Assembly (NCBI GenBank): GCA_017999615.1
Contig: JAGNLM010000003.1
Coordinates: forward strand, 166,793-230,792
Origin: Gammaproteobacteria bacterium
Lineage (GTDB): Bacteria > Pseudomonadota > Gammaproteobacteria > JAABTG01
Length of the DNA stretch: 64,000 nt
Direction of reading: 5' to 3'
Position 1 is the first letter of the stretch. Each line of letters starts with the position of its first letter. This document shows, piece after piece, positions 49,079 through 60,990 of the stretch. Under the pieces are notes generated by a model. It ran no database searches. It saw only the letters and a list, made by a program, of their open reading frames with translations, and was not told where the DNA came from. Both the position numbers and the translations under genes were made by a program.

Positions 49079-50137
49079 ATGTCTCTCGGACCCTTGATGA
49101 TCGACCTGGCGGGCACCGAGCTCAGCGCCGAGGAGCGTGAGCTGCTGCGCGACCCTCGGGTGGGCGGCGTGATCCTCTTCAGCCGCAACTTCGTGGACCC
49201 GGCGCAGCTCGCCGCGCTCGTCGCCGAGGTGCACGGGGTGCGCAGCCCCCCGCTCCTGGTGGCGGTCGACCACGAGGGCGGGCGGGTGCAGCGCTTCCGG
49301 GGCGGTTTCACGGCGCTGCCGGCCGCCGCGCGCTACGGCGAGGCCTACGACCACGCCCCCGCGAGGGCGCTGCAGGTCGCGGAGACCGGGGGCTGGCTGA
49401 TGGCGGCCGAGCTCCGGGCGGTCGGGGTGGACCTCAGCTTCGCCCCCGTGCTGGACCTCAACCGCGGCGTGAGCCACGTCATCGGCGATCGCGCCTTCCA
49501 CGCCCGCCCGGAGGCCGCCGCCGAGCTGGCCCGTGCCTTCATGCGGGGGATGCAGCGGGCCGGGATGGCCGCGGTGGGCAAGCACTTCCCCGGCCACGGC
49601 AGCGTCGCGGCGGACTCCCACGTGGCGCTGCCCGTGGACCCGCGCCCCCTCGCGGACATCCGGGCGGAGGACCTCCTCGTCTTCGAGCGCCTCGTCCACT
49701 ACGGGCTGCCGGCCATCATGCCGGCCCACGTGGTGTTCCCCGCGGTGGACGATCGCCCCGCGGGGTTCTCCCGGACCTGGCTGCAGGAGATCCTGCGGGG
49801 GCAGCTCGGGTTCCAGGGGGCCATCGTGAGCGACGACCTGAGCATGGCCGGGGCGACCTTCGTGGCGAGCCGGGGGGCCCGGGCCCGGGCGGCCCTGGAC
49901 GCGGGGTGCGACCTCCTGCTGCTCTGCAACGACCCCGGGGGGGTCGGCGAGGTGCTGAACGCGCTCGCCGGTTACCGCAACCCGGTGTCCCAGGCGCGCC
50001 TCGCCCGCCTGCACGGCCGCGGCCACGCGCTGCGGGGGGACCTCGAGGCGAGCGCCGGTTGGCGCGACGCCGCGACCCTCATCGCCCGCCTGGAGCGCGA
50101 GCCGGAGCTGGCGCTCGGGGACGACGGCCTGGCTTAG
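49079..50137 (+). CDS. nagZ: Beta-N-acetylhexosaminidase NagZ
   Basis: [36 protein letters not shown]. Confidence 0.9.
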   Translation: MSLGPLMIDLAGTELSAEERELLRDPRVGGVILFSRNFVDPAQLAALVAEVHGVRSPPLLVAVDHEGGRVQRFRGGFTALPAAARYGEAYDHAPARALQVAETGGWLMAAELRAVGVDLSFAPVLDLNRGVSHVIGDRAFHARPEAAAELARAFMRGMQRAGMAAVGKHFPGHGSVAADSHVALPVDPRPLADIRAEDLLVFERLVHYGLPAIMPAHVVFPAVDDRPAGFSRTWLQEILRGQLGFQGAIVSDDLSMAGATFVASRGARARAALDAGCDLLLLCNDPGGVGEVLNALAGYRNPVSQARLARLHGRGHALRGDLEASAGWRDAATLIARLEREPELALGDDGLA

Positions 50138-50224
50138 GAGACTTCCGGCCGTCGTTACAATCGCCCCGGAGAAAGGCTAATCTTCGCCCTGCGCGCGCAA
50201 TTCCAAGGGGCAACGGCTACCTCC

Positions 50225-50545
50225 GTGACTGCCGCACCTTCCCACTCGCGCGCCGACGCCACCTCGCTGTTGCAGTGGGTGTGGCGCTCGTACTTTCGCA
50301 CCGCGCTGATCCCGCTGCTGGTGGTCGAGGTGGCGTTCATCACCATCTATCTGGTGGCCAACCATCTCGCTACCCAGGAGAACATCGGTGCGGTCCGCGC
50401 CATCGCCAGCGACGAGCTGCGTCGCATCACCCAGCGCGAGGCGGTGGTGATTCAGCAGCAGTTGCGGGCCATCTCCCAGGTGACGGACCTGTTGCGCCGG
50501 CAGACCGCCACCATTCTGGCGACGCCCGCCTGGCTGGCGAGCGGG
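50225..50545 (+). pseudogene. N-terminal fragment of a membrane sensor protein (TM plus start of a periplasmic sensor domain); the frame degenerates after about 105 codons
   Basis: LLQWVWRSYFRTALIPLLVVEVAFITIYLVANHLATQENIGAVRAIASDELRRITQREAVVIQQQLRAISQVTDLLRRQTATILATP is typical of the first 100 aa of Cache-type sensors. The remaining 130 codons of the ORF are Arg/Pro/Gly-rich and unlike protein sequence. Confidence 0.35.
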
Positions 50546-50589
50546 CCTACCATCCCTCCTACGTCCAGAAGATCGAGCGGCTGCGCGGG

Positions 50590-51069
50590 ATGGAATGGCC
50601 GGGTCGCGCCGCGCTCATGGAACTGTACGCGCAGGCGTGGGACCACAAGTTCCATCCCGACTACGCCCGTTTTGCCCGCGAGGACACCGCCGCCTGGCAG
50701 GGCCGGGTGGTCGGGGCCTGGCTCGACACGCTCCGCTGGCTCGAGGGCGTGCGCACCGGGACGCCCGTGGACCGGTGGGATGCCTACTGCTCGCCTGGCC
50801 TTTCCAAGGGCCAGGGTGGGGGCGCTGGGGGTTGGTTGCGCAACCTGGCGATCACCGTGCGCGACTTCGGGCCGGCCGAGCCCTGGCGCCGCCCGCGCTG
50901 GTCGCTGCGCTACCCGCGGGAGCGCCTGATCTCGGCGCTGCCTCTGTTGCTGTCGCCGCCGCAGGCCAGGGCGACTCCGCCGCTCGCCGCGGCGCTGGCC
51001 CTTGCGGCCGGCACGCCGTGGCGCGACACGGCCGAGGCCTTCCTGCGCCTGTGGCGCCGGTACGCGTGA
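50590..51069 (+). CDS. Hypothetical protein (or 3' part of a frameshifted or fused gene)
   Basis: In a different frame from 50225: MEWPGRAALMELYAQAWDHKFHPDYARFAREDTAAWQGRVVGAWLDTLRWLEG... has protein-like composition. The start is uncertain, since protein-like sequence begins about 50540. Family not recognised. Confidence 0.35.
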   Translation: MEWPGRAALMELYAQAWDHKFHPDYARFAREDTAAWQGRVVGAWLDTLRWLEGVRTGTPVDRWDAYCSPGLSKGQGGGAGGWLRNLAITVRDFGPAEPWRRPRWSLRYPRERLISALPLLLSPPQARATPPLAAALALAAGTPWRDTAEAFLRLWRRYA

Positions 51070-51098
51070 GGACGCCGCCGGCGGCGAGGCCGGCCCTG

Positions 51099-51962
51099 TC
51101 AGTGCAGCACGGAGGACAGCAACGAGCGGTAGCGCGACACCAGGGGGCCGGATCCGCCCAGGAGGTCGAACACCGTGACCATCGTCTTGCGCGCGGCGCC
51201 GCCGCGGAAGTGGCGGTCCTGCTGCAGGATGGAGTACAGCAGCTCGAGCGCCCCCTCGTAGTCGGAGGTCAGGATCCGGTGCGCGGCCAGGTGGTAGCGG
51301 GCCTCGAGATCGGAGGGCTGTGCGGCCACCTGGCGCTCGAGCGCGGCGCGGTCGGGCGCCTCCTGGACGAGGCGGGCGAGCGCGAGGCGGCTCTGCATCG
51401 CGGTCACGTCGGGGTCGAGCTGGCGGTTGGCGGGGAGCCCCCGCAGGACCTCCTCGGCCTCGGCGAACCGGCTGAGGTCCCCCAGGACCCCGGCGAGGTC
51501 CAGGGGCACGCGCGGGTTCTCGGGGTCCTGGGCGAGGGCCTCGCGCAGGAGCGCCACCGCCGTCTCGCCCTGTCCCTCGGCGTGCGCCGCGAGGGCCTGC
51601 TCGCGCTGGGTGTCGGACTCGCGGGCGACGTGGGCGGAGAGGAACTCGCGCACCGCCCCTGCGGGCAGGGCACCCATGAACTCATCCACCACCTGCCCGT
51701 CCCGGAAGAGCTTCACCGTCGGCAGGCTGCGCACCCCGTAGCGGGCCGCAAGCCCCTGTTCCACGTCGGTGTCGACCTTCGCCACGAGGAGCTTGCCCTG
51801 GTAGTCCTCGGCGAGCTTTTCCAGCACCGGCGCCAGCATCCGGCACGGCGCACACCAGGACGCCCAGAAGTCCACCAGCACCGGCACGCGGCGCGAGGTC
51901 TCGAGGACCCGTTCCTGGAAGGCCGCCTCGGTGACGTCGAACACGAAGGGAGATGGACTCAT
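51099..51962 (-). CDS. Thioredoxin-domain protein with C-terminal TPR region (YbbN/CnoX-like, but with an intact CxxC)
   Basis: VLVDFWASWCAPCRMLAP, followed by about 180 aa of TPR-like helical repeats. Confidence 0.85.
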   Translation of the reverse strand: MSPSPFVFDVTEAAFQERVLETSRRVPVLVDFWASWCAPCRMLAPVLEKLAEDYQGKLLVAKVDTDVEQGLAARYGVRSLPTVKLFRDGQVVDEFMGALPAGAVREFLSAHVARESDTQREQALAAHAEGQGETAVALLREALAQDPENPRVPLDLAGVLGDLSRFAEAEEVLRGLPANRQLDPDVTAMQSRLALARLVQEAPDRAALERQVAAQPSDLEARYHLAAHRILTSDYEGALELLYSILQQDRHFRGGAARKTMVTVFDLLGGSGPLVSRYRSLLSSVLH

Positions 51963-51988
51963 GGACACCGCCGCTCCTCGCGCGCGCC

Positions 51989-52765
51989 TCAGAGGGCGCA
52001 GCACTGCAAATCGAACTCCACGTCCTCGCTCACCTGGGTCGGGCGTGCCTCGGGGCCGCCGCTGGTGAGGAAACGTACCGTGAACCGATGGCGTCCCGCG
52101 CTGATCTCCGGGAACATGGGCGCGGTGGACGGGATGAAGACCCGGATCATCTGGTAGGGCACCGCCGGGTCGATGTTGCGCTGGAAGAACCCGGCCGCGG
52201 CCAGCTCCCGGCTGGGGCGGGCGCTCTGGCGGATGAGCCGCAGGCTGACCGTGATGGCCTCCCGTACCAGATCAAAGGCGCCGAGCCAGGCCTGGAGCTG
52301 GACCACCCGCTCCTCGGCCGGCCGCTCGAGCCAGTACTGGTAGGCCGGGATGTCGAAGCTGCAGGTCCCGGCGGGGATGGTGCTGCGCTGGCGCACGGCC
52401 GACAGCAGCTCGTTCTGGCGCAGCTCGGAGCCGGGGACGCTGTCCACCGCGCGCAGGGCGAGCAGGGGTTGCCGGACCTCGTCCAGCGCCCGGTCCAGCC
52501 GTTCCAGGTCCACCCCGCGGTTGCTGCGCAGGCCCTCGAGCTTCCCCACGTGGCGCTCAAGCTCCTTGATGAGCTCCGCCTTCAGGTCCGCGCGGGTGAG
52601 CAGGGCGAGGATGTCGAGCGTCGCCTCGAGGCTCGACCGGCTGTCCCAGGTGCTGGACCCCTCGAGCCGGTAGGACGCCCGATCGAAGAGGAACTCCAGG
52701 CGGAGCATCGCCCGGATCCGCTCGTTCAGCGGCTGCTCGTATGCCGTGTGGCGGGCTTTCTGCAC
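51989..52765 (-). CDS. zapD: Cell division protein ZapD
   Basis: YEQPLNERIRAMLRLEFLF is colinear with the E. coli ZapD N-terminus. Conserved coaE-zapD adjacency. Confidence 0.85.
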   Translation of the reverse strand: MQKARHTAYEQPLNERIRAMLRLEFLFDRASYRLEGSSTWDSRSSLEATLDILALLTRADLKAELIKELERHVGKLEGLRSNRGVDLERLDRALDEVRQPLLALRAVDSVPGSELRQNELLSAVRQRSTIPAGTCSFDIPAYQYWLERPAEERVVQLQAWLGAFDLVREAITVSLRLIRQSARPSRELAAAGFFQRNIDPAVPYQMIRVFIPSTAPMFPEISAGRHRFTVRFLTSGGPEARPTQVSEDVEFDLQCCAL

Positions 52766-52838
52766 CGACCGTTCCCCACGCTGCGCCGGGCCTCGCGTGC
52801 GGAGGCCCCGAACGAGCCGAGTGGCCCGAAATTCTCCC

Positions 52839-53471
52839 CTATCGTCCCTCCGGCCGCAAACTGGCCTGGGCCAGACGGCGGTAGCGGTGGTGCAGGGCCT
52901 CGACCTCGCGGCGCAGACGCGCCTCGGCGCCCGTGTTGCGCACCACGTCGTCGGCGGCGGCGAGGCGGACCGCCCGGGGGGCCTGGGTCCGTATGATCGC
53001 GCGGGCGGCCTCGGGCGTCACGCCGTCCCGGGCGCAGACCCGCTCCACCTGGAGCGGCTCGGGGGCGTCCACGACCAGCACCCGGTCCACCAGGTTGCGC
53101 TGGCCGCTCTCCACGAGCAGCGGGATGACGAGCAGGCAGTACTCCGCGTCCGCGTCCGCGGCCCGGGCGAGGGCCTCCATGCGGGCCCGGATGCGCGGGT
53201 GCAGGATGGCCTCCAGGCGCGTGCGGGCGGTGTCGTCGGCGAAGATGCGGGTGCGCAGGCGAGCCCGGTCGAGCCGGCCGTCCGGGCCGAGCACCCCCGG
53301 CCCGAAGGCGGCGGCGACCTCGGCGAGGGCCGGCGTGCCCGGCTCCACAACCTCGCGCGCCACAAGGTCCGCGTCGATCACGGGGACCCCGAGCGAGGCG
53401 AAGATCTCGGCGACCGTGCTCTTCCCCGACCCGATCCCTCCGGTCAGCCCGATGCGCAGGTGGCAGGCCAA
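52839..53471 (-). CDS. coaE: Dephospho-CoA kinase
   Basis: TTG 53471 preceded by GGAGGG. IGLTGGIGSGKST P-loop. Confidence 0.85.
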   Translation of the reverse strand: MACHLRIGLTGGIGSGKSTVAEIFASLGVPVIDADLVAREVVEPGTPALAEVAAAFGPGVLGPDGRLDRARLRTRIFADDTARTRLEAILHPRIRARMEALARAADADAEYCLLVIPLLVESGQRNLVDRVLVVDAPEPLQVERVCARDGVTPEAARAIIRTQAPRAVRLAAADDVVRNTGAEARLRREVEALHHRYRRLAQASLRPEGR

Positions 53472-53487
53472 GGCGAGGTTTCCCTCC

Positions 53488-54363
53488 TCAGGCCACCGCG
53501 CCGAGGTAGGCCTCCGCGAGGCGGCTGCCCCAGAGCAGCGCGGCCCAGCCCCCGAGCGCCAGGTAGGGGCCGAAGGGGATGGGGACGTTGCGGTCGTGGC
53601 CCCGGAACAGGATGAGCGCGACGCCCACCAGCGCCCCGCCGAGCGAGGCAAGCAGCACGATCACGGGCAGGGACTGCCAGCCGAGCCAGGCGCCCAGCAT
53701 GCCGAGCAGCTTGAAGTCGCCGTACCCCATGCCCTCCTTGCCCGTGAGGAGCCGGAAGGCGTGGTAGACGGTCCAGAGGAGACCGTAGCCCGTGATGGCG
53801 CCGAGGACGCTCGCCTCGAGCGGCGCGAAGAGTCCGCCGAGGTTGAGCGCCACGCCGACCCAGAGCATCGGCACGGTGATGACGTCGGGGAGGATCTGCT
53901 CGTCCAGGTCGATGAAGGCGAGGGCGACGAGGGCCCAGGTGAGGACGAGGGCCGCCGCGGTCTGCGCGCTCGCCCCGAAGCGCCAGGCCACCGCGACGGA
54001 GAGGAGCGCCGTCAGCGCCTCGACCAGGGGGTAGCGCAGGGGGATGCGGGTCTTGCAGGCGCGGCAACGCCCGCGGAGCCAGAGGAAGCTCAGGATCGGC
54101 ACGTTCTCCCAGGCAGAGATGGGGTGCCCGCAGTGGGGGCAGCGCGAGCGAGGGACGACCAGGTCGAAGCGCTCGGCCGCCGGCGCGGGGACGGCATCCT
54201 CTCCCGCGAGCGCGGCACACTCCGCCTGCCAGGAGCGTTTCAGCATCACCGGCAGGCGGTGGATGACCACGTTGAGGAAGCTCCCGACCACGAGGCCGAG
54301 GAGCCCGGTGACGGTGTAGAGCGCCGCCGGCTCGCCCGCCAGCCAGGAGAGGGCCTCGTTCAA
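53488..54363 (-). CDS. pilD: Prepilin peptidase / N-methyltransferase PilD
   Basis: Colinear with P. aeruginosa PilD: VGSFLNVVIHRLP, CPHCGHPISAWENVP...CRAC, TGKEGMGYGDFKLLGMLGAWLGW. TTG 54363 start inferred from the alignment. Confidence 0.9.
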   Translation of the reverse strand: MNEALSWLAGEPAALYTVTGLLGLVVGSFLNVVIHRLPVMLKRSWQAECAALAGEDAVPAPAAERFDLVVPRSRCPHCGHPISAWENVPILSFLWLRGRCRACKTRIPLRYPLVEALTALLSVAVAWRFGASAQTAAALVLTWALVALAFIDLDEQILPDVITVPMLWVGVALNLGGLFAPLEASVLGAITGYGLLWTVYHAFRLLTGKEGMGYGDFKLLGMLGAWLGWQSLPVIVLLASLGGALVGVALILFRGHDRNVPIPFGPYLALGGWAALLWGSRLAEAYLGAVA

Positions 54364-54416
54364 TCGGGTTCGCCTCTGCGCCTCTGCGCCTCTGCGGTGA
54401 ATTCCCGGCCGCCGCC

Positions 54417-55640
54417 TCAGATCACCTCGCCCATCTTGAAGATGGGGAGGTACATGGCGACGACCAGCCCGCCGATGACGACGCCGAGGACCGCCATGAT
54501 GATCGGCTCCATCAGGCTCGAGAGCGCGTCGACCAGATTGTCGACCTCCGCCTCGTAGAAGTCCGCGACCTTGGCGAGCATCTGGTCGAGCGAGCCCGAC
54601 TCCTCGCCGATGGACACCATCTGCACGACCATGTTCGGGAAGAGTCCGCTCTCGCGCATCGTCGCCTGCAGCTGCGTGCCCGTGGCGATGTCGTCGCGCA
54701 TCTTCAGGATCGCCCGCTCGTAGACGACGTTGCCCGAGGCGTGGGCGACGGACTCCATCGCCTCGACGAGCGGCACGCCGGCCGCGAACATCGTGCTCAG
54801 CGTGCGCGCGAATCGCGCGATGGTCCCCTTCATCTGGAGCTCGCCGAAAAGCGGCACCTTCAGGGACAGCCGGTCCAGCAGGTCGCGCAGGCCGCGCGAG
54901 CGCTTGCGGCCCTCGATGAATGCGAACACCCCGATGCCGACGGCCCCGAAGATGGCCCACCAGTACTCGACGAAGAAGTCCGAGATATGGATGACCATCT
55001 GGGTCATCGCCGGCAGGTCGCCGCCGAAGCTCGTGAACAGGGAGGCAAACTGCGGGATCACGAAGATCATCAGGATCGCCGTGATCACGAAGGCCACCAC
55101 CATGATGGCGGCCGGGTAGAACATGGCCTTCTTGATGCGCGCCTTCAGCGCCTCCGTCTTCTCCTTGTACGTGGCGATCTTGTGCATCAACTCCTCGAGG
55201 ATACCGGCGTGCTCGCCGGCCCGCACGAGGTTGACGTAGAGGTCGTCGAACTGCAGCGGGCGCTTCGCGAGCGCGTCGGCGAGGTTATTGCCGGACTCCA
55301 CGTCGGACTTCACCCCGAGGATCAGCTCCTGCATCGAGGGGTTCTCGTGCCCCCGGCCCACGATCTCGAAGGACTGCACCAGCGGCACGCCCGCCGAGAG
55401 CATGGTCGCGAGCTGGCGGCTGAAGATGGCGATGTCCTTCGGGGTGATCTTCTTCTTGCCCGCGAGAGAGAGCAGCGAGCGGGGCTTGCGGCGGACCTTG
55501 ATGGGGTTGACGCCCTGGCGACGCAGCAGCGCCTTCACGAGGGCGTCGCTGCTGCCGGACATCTCGCCCTTCACGCGTTTGCCCGCGCGGTCCGTCCCCT
55601 CCCACAGGAACATGTCCTGCTTCATTGCCGTTTGGGCCAT
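54417..55640 (-). CDS. pilC: Type IV pilus platform protein PilC
   Basis: Two GspF-type repeats (FSRQLATMLSAGVPL.., FARTLSTMFAAGVPL..). Confidence 0.95.
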   Translation of the reverse strand: MAQTAMKQDMFLWEGTDRAGKRVKGEMSGSSDALVKALLRRQGVNPIKVRRKPRSLLSLAGKKKITPKDIAIFSRQLATMLSAGVPLVQSFEIVGRGHENPSMQELILGVKSDVESGNNLADALAKRPLQFDDLYVNLVRAGEHAGILEELMHKIATYKEKTEALKARIKKAMFYPAAIMVVAFVITAILMIFVIPQFASLFTSFGGDLPAMTQMVIHISDFFVEYWWAIFGAVGIGVFAFIEGRKRSRGLRDLLDRLSLKVPLFGELQMKGTIARFARTLSTMFAAGVPLVEAMESVAHASGNVVYERAILKMRDDIATGTQLQATMRESGLFPNMVVQMVSIGEESGSLDQMLAKVADFYEAEVDNLVDALSSLMEPIIMAVLGVVIGGLVVAMYLPIFKMGEVI

Positions 55641-55646
55641 GGCTCG

Positions 55647-57368
55647 CTACTCCAGGGTCACGCGATTGATTTCTTCGAGGCTGGTGATGCCGTTCCGCAC
55701 CTTCAGGAGCCCGGACTGGCGGATGTCCCGGATGCCCTCGCGGCGCGCCTGATCCGCGAGCTCCATGGCGTTACGGTTCTCCATGATGAGCCGGCGCATG
55801 CCCTCCGAGACCGGCATCACCTGATAGATGCCCACGCGCCCCTTGTAGCCCTCGTTGCAGCGGTCGCAGCCGACCGCGCGGAAGACGGTCATCCCGCTCT
55901 CCACGTCCTCCGGCGAGAAGCCTTCGGCGAGGAGCCCGTCGCGGGGGATGTCCACCGGCGCCTTGCAGTGGGGACAGAGCCGCCGGGCGAGCCGCTGGCC
56001 GATGATCACGTTGACCGCCGTCGCCACCGCGAAGGGCTGCACGCCCATGTCCACCAGGCGCGTGAGGGTCTGGGGGGCGTCGTTGGTGTGCAGGGTGGAG
56101 AGTACCAGGTGGCCGGTCTGCGCGGCCTTGACCGCGATGGACCCGGTCTCGAAGTCGCGGATCTCGCCGACCAGGATGATGTCCGGGTCCTGGCGCAGGA
56201 AGGCCTTCAGGGCCTTGGCGAAGGTCATCCCGGTGCGCTCGTCCATCTGCACCTGGTTCACCCCGGGCAGGTTGATCTCGACCGGGTCCTCGACCGTGGA
56301 GATGTTGCGGTCGGCGGTGTTGAGGATCCCCACCCCGGTGTAGAGCGACACGGTCTTGCCGCTGCCGGTCGGGCCGGTGACCAGGAACATCCCGTAGGGC
56401 TTCATGATCTGCTCGAGGAAGATCTTCTTCTGGTCCTCCTCGTAGCCGAGCATGTCGATGCCGAGGAAGGCGCTCGACGGGTCCAGGATACGCATGACCA
56501 CCTTCTCTCCCCACAGGGTGGGGCAGGTGCTCACGCGGAAGTCGATGGCCTTGTTGCGGGAGAGCTTCAGCTTGATGCGCCCGTCCTGGGGGACGCGCCG
56601 CTCGGAGACGTCCAGGCGCGCCATGACCTTGATGCGCGCCGCCATCTTCCCGGCCAGCGCGATCGGCGGCTTGCTCGTCTCGTGGAGCACGCCGTCCATG
56701 CGCAGGCGCACCCGGTAGTACTTCTCGTAGGGCTCGAAGTGGATGTCGGACGCACCCCGGCGGATGGCGTCCAGCATCGTCTTGTTGACGAACTTGACGA
56801 CCGGGGCGTCGTCGACCTCGGCCGAGGAGACGTCCTCCTCGCGGTGGTCCTCGCCGACCTCCAGCCCCTCGAGGTCGCCGAAGTCCTCGCCGGCGGTGAG
56901 GTCCTGGAGGCTCGTGTCGTTCGCCTCCATCGCCCGCTCGATGGCCCGGGAGAGCTTGTCCTCCTCGACCAGGATCGGCTCCGTGGTGATCCCCACGTGG
57001 AACTTGATCTCGTCGAGGGCCTGGATGTTGGTGGGGTCGGAGACCGCGAGGTACAGGCGGTTCGCCCGCCGGAAGATGGGCAGCGCGTGGTGGCGGGTGA
57101 TGAGCTTCTCGTCGACCAGGCGCATCACGTCGGGGTCGGGGTCGATGGCCTGGATGTCCACCAGCGGCACCCCGAACTCCTGGGAGGCCGAGTGGGCGAT
57201 GTCCTGGGCGCTCGCGAGCTTGTGGGACACCACGTAGGCGACGAAGGGCATCTTCTGCCGTGCGGCCTCATCGGTGGCGGAGACCGCCTCGGGCTCGCCG
57301 ATGAGCCCGTCCTGCACCAGCCTGCGGGCGAGTCCGCCGAGGTGAAGCCGGGACGTGAAAACGGCCAT
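55647..57368 (-). CDS. pilB: Type IV pilus assembly ATPase PilB
   Basis: GSPII N-terminal domain, Walker A GPTGSGKT, Asp/His boxes, tetracysteine CPHC...CDRC. Confidence 0.95.
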   Translation of the reverse strand: MAVFTSRLHLGGLARRLVQDGLIGEPEAVSATDEAARQKMPFVAYVVSHKLASAQDIAHSASQEFGVPLVDIQAIDPDPDVMRLVDEKLITRHHALPIFRRANRLYLAVSDPTNIQALDEIKFHVGITTEPILVEEDKLSRAIERAMEANDTSLQDLTAGEDFGDLEGLEVGEDHREEDVSSAEVDDAPVVKFVNKTMLDAIRRGASDIHFEPYEKYYRVRLRMDGVLHETSKPPIALAGKMAARIKVMARLDVSERRVPQDGRIKLKLSRNKAIDFRVSTCPTLWGEKVVMRILDPSSAFLGIDMLGYEEDQKKIFLEQIMKPYGMFLVTGPTGSGKTVSLYTGVGILNTADRNISTVEDPVEINLPGVNQVQMDERTGMTFAKALKAFLRQDPDIILVGEIRDFETGSIAVKAAQTGHLVLSTLHTNDAPQTLTRLVDMGVQPFAVATAVNVIIGQRLARRLCPHCKAPVDIPRDGLLAEGFSPEDVESGMTVFRAVGCDRCNEGYKGRVGIYQVMPVSEGMRRLIMENRNAMELADQARREGIRDIRQSGLLKVRNGITSLEEINRVTLE

Positions 57369-57508
57369 GTTCTGGGGTGCCTGCCGGTGAGTAAGCTCTG
57401 GCTAATGGTAGTTGAGCGGTCCGGCGCCGCCAACGACGGCGCGGCCGATCCCGCTGGGAGATCGGCCGCTTGCCGCCCGGACTTGAGTCCGCGGGTGCGA
57501 AAGGGGCC

Positions 57509-60100
<2,592 letters not shown>

Positions 60101-60146
60101 CGGTGTCGCTCCTCAACCGGGGCCGCGGCGGCCCTTCACTCCCCGT

Positions 60147-60175
60147 AACGTGAGGGTGAGACGGGAGCTTTCAAG
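60147..60175 (-). promoter_or_regulatory. Sigma-32 (RpoH)-type heat-shock promoter candidate for clpB
   Basis: The bottom strand reads CTTGAAA-N13-CCTCACGTT, versus consensus CTTGAAA-N13-15-CCCCATNT. It lies about 45-75 nt upstream of the clpB ATG. Confidence 0.4.
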
Positions 60176-60178
60176 AGC

Positions 60179-60292
60179 GGAAATGGGGACATTCTGCTTT
60201 TCCCGTCTAGCACCCACCTTCCCGAACGCTCGGGTACCCGGGCTCTGAATAGGCGTTGTCGGTGATGGGAAAAGCAGAATGTCCCCATTTCC
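60179..60292. repeat. 114-bp element bounded by 26-bp perfect inverted repeats (MITE-like or long hairpin)
   Basis: GGAAATGGGGACATTCTGCTTTTCCC (60179-60204) is the exact reverse complement of 60267-60292, with a 62-nt spacer. It lies between the acyltransferase stop (60298) and the clpB -35. Confidence 0.85.
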
Positions 60293-60297
60293 CCATT

Positions 60298-60990
60298 TCA
60301 CCCCTCAATCACCGCCTTCAGCCGCGCCAGGCACTCGGGTGCGCCCAGCTCGGCGCAGGCGATGGGCGGGAAGGTGCGGATGCGGGCCCGGCTGCGCAGG
60401 AAGGGGGCGAGGGTCACGTGGCGCTCGGCCCGGATGCCCTCCACGCGGGCGGGGACGACCGGGCAGCGCACCTGGGCCGCGAGCCAGGCGACGCCAGGCT
60501 TGAGCGCGCGGGGCGGGTCGGACTCGAGGTGGATCCGGCCGTGGGGGAAGAGGGCCACCGCCTCGCCGGCCTGCAGCGCCCGGAGTGCCGCGCGCAGGGC
60601 CTGCTCGGGCCGGGCTCCCCGGTCCACCGGGATGCAGCCGGCGGCCCGGAAGAGCCACTGCAGGCCCCAGCGCTCGTACTGCTCCCGGGCGATGAGGAAG
60701 CGCAGGGGGCGCCGGCTCGCGGCCACGAGGAGCAGGGGATCGAGCCCCGAGACGTGGTTGGAGGCGAGGAGCACCGGACCGCGGTCCGGAAGGGGGAGCC
60801 AGACCTCCGGGAGCCGGTGGTAGCGGCGGCAGAGCAGGCGGTTCAGCCCGTCCAGGCGGTTCAGCCAGGGTCCGCCCCAGTCCGGCCCGCGGTGGGCGTC
60901 GACCGTGCGCCACAGCCCGCTGCCGAGCAGGAGCAGGACCAACACCAGGACGAGGACTGCGAGCGCAGTCAGGGCGAGGCCCGTGGTCAC
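60298..60990 (-). CDS. Lysophospholipid/1-acyl-glycerol-3-phosphate acyltransferase family protein
   Basis: GTG 60990 overlaps the pgeF stop (GTGA). N-terminal TM segment. HX4D motif NHVSGLDP. FPHGRI block. Confidence 0.8.
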   Translation of the reverse strand: MTTGLALTALAVLVLVLVLLLLGSGLWRTVDAHRGPDWGGPWLNRLDGLNRLLCRRYHRLPEVWLPLPDRGPVLLASNHVSGLDPLLLVAASRRPLRFLIAREQYERWGLQWLFRAAGCIPVDRGARPEQALRAALRALQAGEAVALFPHGRIHLESDPPRALKPGVAWLAAQVRCPVVPARVEGIRAERHVTLAPFLRSRARIRTFPPIACAELGAPECLARLKAVIEG

